Shown piece by piece: positions 7,337 through 7,651 of a DNA stretch of 7,651 nt (position 1 is its first letter; the number at the start of each line of letters is the position of its first letter). The notes beneath the pieces are model-generated. The model did not search any database, had not been told where the DNA came from, and saw nothing but the letters and a program-made list of their open reading frames with translations. A program made the translations under genes and the position numbers. This DNA comes from a virus (taxonomy: Duplodnaviria > Heunggongvirae > Uroviricota > Caudoviricetes). Location: IMG/VR virus record IMGVR_UViG_2681813314_000029. One strand, given 5' to 3'.

Positions 7337-7651
7337 GGTTCTCCAGCTATTGGCGTTCCGTTCTTCTGGCCGTCCGCTGCAATGCCAAATACTGTAATCG
7401 ACAGCTGGTCCAGTATGGTGTTTTTGAAGTTCAACGGCGCGAAATTCTCTGCCACTGATTACCCTGTGCTGGCGAAAGTGTTTCCTTCGCTGGTATTACC
7501 TGAGGCCCGCGGTGATTTCATTCGTATCTGGGATGACGGGCGAGGTGCAGATGGTGGTCGCGAATTATTAAGCTGGCAGGCAGCTACAAACTTTTCTCAG
7601 TTTGCCGGGAATATAGGCGGAGGTGCGGGACACGCAATTAACTTTCATGAT
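7311..7651 (+). CDS. Tail-fibre C-terminal variable (receptor-binding) cassette, partial; 3' end beyond the window; appears unfused (silent orientation)
   Basis: The plus-strand frame is open from 7274 to the window end and encodes ...GEGSPAIGVPFFWPSAAMPNTVIDSWSSMVFLKFNGAKFSATDYPVLAKVFPSLVLPEARGDFIRIWDDGRGADGGRELLSWQAATNFSQFAGNIGGGAGHAINFHD. This carries the tail-fibre collar-type motif (P-x-P-W-P...YP-x-LA...P-x-RG...D-x-GRG-x-D-x-GR...H) seen in Mu S, P1 S, P2 H and e14 fibres. It begins at the crossover site and diverges from the invertase gene. No fibre N-terminal region lies upstream on this strand. Confidence 0.75.

Larger units (their letters stand above)
1..7651 (-). mobile_element. 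P2-like prophage late region (tail module plus ogr), part of a larger prophage extending beyond both window edges
   Basis: Gene order, strand and protein sizes match the phage P2 FI-FII-E-T-U-D-ogr block; an invertase and tail-fibre cassette lie at the right edge. Based on reading the ORF translations and recalled P2 sequences; no search was run. Confidence 0.85.

Noticed and set aside
7120-7455. 111-aa minus-strand ORF spanning the invertase 5' end and the fibre cassette
   Set aside because: It is out of frame with the invertase and antisense to the fibre cassette, and its translation has no recognisable features. An artefact of the two real overlapping frames.
1-7651. CRISPR arrays, tRNA/rRNA genes, IS elements or toxin-antitoxin or defence-system genes
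   Set aside because: No direct-repeat/spacer structure, no tRNA-like sequence and no transposase-like ORF were seen. Apart from short intergenic spacers and the right-hand switch region, the window is fully accounted for by the conserved tail genes and ogr.

Overview
The window reads as the late tail-gene block of a P2-like (Peduovirus-type) prophage of an enterobacterium, with all genes on the minus strand in the canonical order FI (sheath) - FII (tube) - E/E' (frameshifted chaperone) - T (tape measure) - U - D - ogr. Sizes match phage P2 (396, 172, 91/142, 815, 159, 387 and 72 aa); these identifications rest on recalled P2 protein sequences and lengths, not on a database search. Unlike the P2 prototype, a Hin/Gin/Cin/Pin-family serine DNA invertase sits immediately upstream of FI (6662..7255, minus). 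It is followed by a 26-bp hix/gix-like crossover site (7311..7336) and, on the plus strand, an in-frame tail-fibre C-terminal cassette that runs off the window and has no constant N-terminal part upstream. This is the left edge of an invertible host-range (tail-fibre) switch, with the visible cassette in the silent orientation. I found nothing in the window that I can support as an undescribed system; the accessory content is the invertase switch, which belongs to a known class. The rest is a conserved structural operon with dense coding, translational coupling and a programmed -1 frameshift.
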